DNA of 64,000 nucleotides from Candidatus Bathyarchaeota archaeon (lineage in GTDB: Archaea; Thermoproteota; Bathyarchaeia; Bathyarchaeales; Bathycorpusculaceae). Under the pieces are notes generated by a model. That model was not told the origin of the DNA and did no database searches. It saw only the letters and a program-made list of their open reading frames with translations. The stretch spans positions 1,312,001 to 1,376,000 of the forward strand of contig OY969706.1 in assembly GCA_963702095.1 (NCBI GenBank), read 5' to 3'. Shown in pieces: positions 61,108-64,000 of the stretch. A program made the position numbers and the translations under genes. How positions within the stretch are numbered: the stretch's first letter is position 1; every line of letters begins with the position of its first letter.

Positions 61108-62635
61108 GTTTCTGCACCTTCAAATGGCTCATCGGATCCTCCAGCAACCTTGGAATCCAATCGATGATGTCGGTGGCAACCACGTGGTAGCCGATTTCAC
61201 CCGCTACAAAGTCGCCTGCCGCACCGTTAACGAAGGCGCCCGCTACCGCCGCTTCGAAGGGGTCAACATGCTGAGCCATCAAACCGCCCACGATGCCGCT
61301 TAAGACGTCGCCTGTGCCCCCGACGGTCATGCCCGGGTTGCCGGTGAAATTCAACTTCGAGTGCGTTGGGCTGCAGATGATGTCGACTTTGCCCTTTACC
61401 AGTATGGTTGCGTTGAGTTTTTTGGCGGTTTTCTGTATCATCGCCACTCTCTCCGGCTGGTTTTCTGGGAGGGTTTCTCCTGTGAGTATGGCGTATTCGC
61501 CTGCATGAGGCGTCAAAACCAACGGCGTCTTTAGGGGACGCTTGAACTTCGCAAACGCCTTGAGTCCATCCGCATCAAGCAGCAGTGGTTTCCCTGCCTT
61601 CTCAACTTCTTCAACGCAGAGTTTGACGAACTCTTGGGTTTCAGATGCTAAACCCATGCCGGGTCCCATCGCAACCGCGTCCACCATATCCAAAAACGGT
61701 TTCAGCGCCGCCATGTCTGCTGGGTTGAGGTTCTTGCCCTCCAGCTTCACAGTGATCAAGTCAGGTGACATTGATGAAATCTCATAAGCGTTCTTCTCAG
61801 GGGCAGCCAAATAAACGAGGTCAACGCCTGTGCGCATAGCCGCCAACGACACCAGCGTGGGCGCTCCAGAGTAGACTTCGCTGCCGCCTATAACCAGTAG
61901 GCGCCCGAAATCGCCTTTGTGCCCCGTGGGACTGCGCGGTTTAGCCGCAAGCAACACGTCGCCGGGACCAGCGTACTGCTCCATCACTTGGGGCAAACCG
62001 ATGTCGCCAACTACTAATTCACCGACGTACTTCTTGGCATTCTCCAAACCGCTCTTAGCCTTATGGAACGTTACTGTCAAATCGGCTTTAACTGCGGTGC
62101 CCAACACATCGCCCGTGTCCGAATCGATGCCTGTGGGCACATCGACGGCAAGCTTGAATCCGTCCATGCCGTTTATGGCGTCGACTACTTGGGCAATGGG
62201 TGCTTTGAGTTGGCCCTTAGTGCCCGTTCCCAACAATGCGTCAATGGCTATGTCAGCTTCGACTATGGGAATGATTGAGCTGTCAGTAACTTCAACGATG
62301 GGAACTTTACCCTGAAGTGATTGGAGTATCTGGTAGTTTTTGAGGGCAGCTTCGTGGCTAATGTCGCGTCCTCTGCCCACCAACACAACTGAGACTTCAA
62401 ACCCCGCCGACAACAGGTGCCTTGCCGCAACAAAGCCGTCTCCGCCGTTGCCGCCTACCCCGCAAAAGATCGCAGCCTTCTTGGTTTTGGGGTAGCGTGT
62501 GATTACTTCTTGGGCGACGTTTCTGCCTGCTAACTCCATGAGCTGCAGCAGGTTGACTCCGAAGTATTCTGCGTTGACTTCTAGGGCGCGCATTTCGCGG
62601 CTGGATATGGTTTGGGCTTGGTTTTTGGGCTGCAT
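61097..62635 (-). CDS. nnr: Bifunctional NAD(P)HX epimerase/dehydratase
   Basis: LMELAG, GGNGGDG, DVPTG, HKGDFG, LTPHAGE, GGTGDVLSG. Confidence 0.95.
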   Translation of the reverse strand: MQPKNQAQTISSREMRALEVNAEYFGVNLLQLMELAGRNVAQEVITRYPKTKKAAIFCGVGGNGGDGFVAARHLLSAGFEVSVVLVGRGRDISHEAALKNYQILQSLQGKVPIVEVTDSSIIPIVEADIAIDALLGTGTKGQLKAPIAQVVDAINGMDGFKLAVDVPTGIDSDTGDVLGTAVKADLTVTFHKAKSGLENAKKYVGELVVGDIGLPQVMEQYAGPGDVLLAAKPRSPTGHKGDFGRLLVIGGSEVYSGAPTLVSLAAMRTGVDLVYLAAPEKNAYEISSMSPDLITVKLEGKNLNPADMAALKPFLDMVDAVAMGPGMGLASETQEFVKLCVEEVEKAGKPLLLDADGLKAFAKFKRPLKTPLVLTPHAGEYAILTGETLPENQPERVAMIQKTAKKLNATILVKGKVDIICSPTHSKLNFTGNPGMTVGGTGDVLSGIVGGLMAQHVDPFEAAVAGAFVNGAAGDFVAGEIGYHVVATDIIDWIPRLLEDPMSHLKVQKHGH

Positions 62636-63528
62636 AGCTAACGCCTCTTAACTATTGTTTTCTTTGGGAGATAAGCCTATCCTTGAGCTGTATACAAAAG
62701 CATCTCCCAACACAGTTTTTTAGCCCCAAACTTTTTCCAAACCACTGCAAGTGCCTGAAATCGCTAATTTTTTCGAAAACAGGCGAAGCTTATATAATCA
62801 TGCAGTCGCCTTTGCCACTGTTGGTGTCAAGGCAAGCTCAGAGGCGTTAGTCCCGCTGGTGAAATTCGTCTCGCCGAGAATTGGCAGTGTTAAAAGGTTT
62901 CATACCATGTGTCATACCGCTGCTTTTCTCTTAAAAGCCCTTGACAACAGCCCGTCTTTCACCGTTAAGTCTACGCTGCCCCTTTCCCCAGAGAAAAAGC
63001 AGCCTTTAGGCTCAGTTTGGAGGGTTGATTCCAACTATGGTCTCTGAAAATCGCTTCTGAGGTTCGTCCCGCAAGCGTTTTTGCCGCTATGTCTGCCCAA
63101 ACATATCGCGTTTTTGGCAAAGTTTCACTTTTAACCTAAGGCAAGACTCCGAAAAAATGTCGAACGTTCCATTTTTACATTAAACAGTTAAAAAAAACAA
63201 AGTTGTTCTGCAAGAAAATCATGTATTGGAGCAATTTATCCATGGGGGGCGCTAATTTGAGGCTACGTTAAACGAAATACAGTGGCAGCAGTGGCAAGCA
63301 CGGGAATTCTGCTGTTTCTATGGAATGCGGGGGAAAGGTTATTTTTGCGTCTGCACGTAGAGTTGCCATGGGTGCGGGGGTGTTTGGCGTTAACGCTTGT
63401 GCAGGCGATTTGCAGGAAAAACTGTGTTTTGGTGATGCTTTTGTATACGGCTGTGGTATGCGGCAGGACAGTTGAGGGCAAAAAGCCGTTTCTTGCCGTG
63501 ACAATGCCAAATTCGTGGAGGCAAGAGT

Positions 63529-64000
63529 TTGAGTTTTGAGCGTAACCTGTTAATTTCAGTGCTAAAAAAAACCAAAGAAGGCAGCGGTTTAATTAAAGAT
63601 GTCAATACAGGCGCCAAGCTCCCCCAAGAGGTTTGTATGCGTTTGCTGCAAAAAATGCAAAACGAAAACCTCCTATTTCTCAGAGGTGACGCAATCGAAG
63701 CTGACACCGAAAGCCGCCTCAAAATCGCAGTAAAAGCAGCGTCTTTGGGCGGGGACATCCAAGAAATCAGCAACCACCTCTGCTGGCAAGAATTCGAAGA
63801 AATCGCCGCCGTCGCCCTAAAAACCAACGGCTACACCGTAACAAACAACGTACGTTTCAAGCAGGGCGATCGGCGATGGGAAATTGATGTTGTCGGATGC
63901 AGAAAACCGCTTGTAGTGTGCATTGATTGCAAGCATTGGCAGCACTCAATCGCGCAGTCCGCACTTAGAAAAATTGTTGAGGCACAGGTTGAGCGTACCG
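63529..64000 (+). CDS. Mrr-like restriction-endonuclease-fold protein (runs off the window)
   Basis: TTG after GGAGG; WQEFEEI...EIDVVG...IDCKHW. Confidence 0.8.
   Translation, partial: MSFERNLLISVLKKTKEGSGLIKDVNTGAKLPQEVCMRLLQKMQNENLLFLRGDAIEADTESRLKIAVKAASLGGDIQEISNHLCWQEFEEIAAVALKTNGYTVTNNVRFKQGDRRWEIDVVGCRKPLVVCIDCKHWQHSIAQSALRKIVEAQVERT

Overview
This is an archaeal chromosomal window. Gene content and the surface-protein families suggest a TACK archaeon, probably Bathyarchaeia (inference). The housekeeping backbone includes pyrH, polB, dnaG, asnS, aIF-2beta, uppS, apt, mtaP, tsr3, nnr, tRNA-Val(GAC) and tRNA-Ser(TGA), plus several ABC, MFS, MMPL and CDF transporters. Single accessory genes sit between them: membrane-anchored surface proteins, an orphan contractile tail-sheath gene and a small tRNA-adjacent island. 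The most striking unexplained structure is non-coding. Family A (~172 bp, 4 copies), family B (~135 bp, 3 full and 2 partial copies) and a 37-bp hairpin direct repeat sit mostly beside these accessory genes, and no transposase or integrase is present in the window. Other highlights: a DUF2400-like/T7-endonuclease-I-like fusion; apparent ACG start codons (clearest for dnaG); a PolB with a degenerate proofreading site; a perfect 37-bp inverted duplication joined to a DUF2326-like fragment; an MMPL transporter with a large repeated extracellular insert; an unannotated 43-aa basic microprotein; and several frameshifts. All family assignments come from motif recognition by eye. No searches were run.
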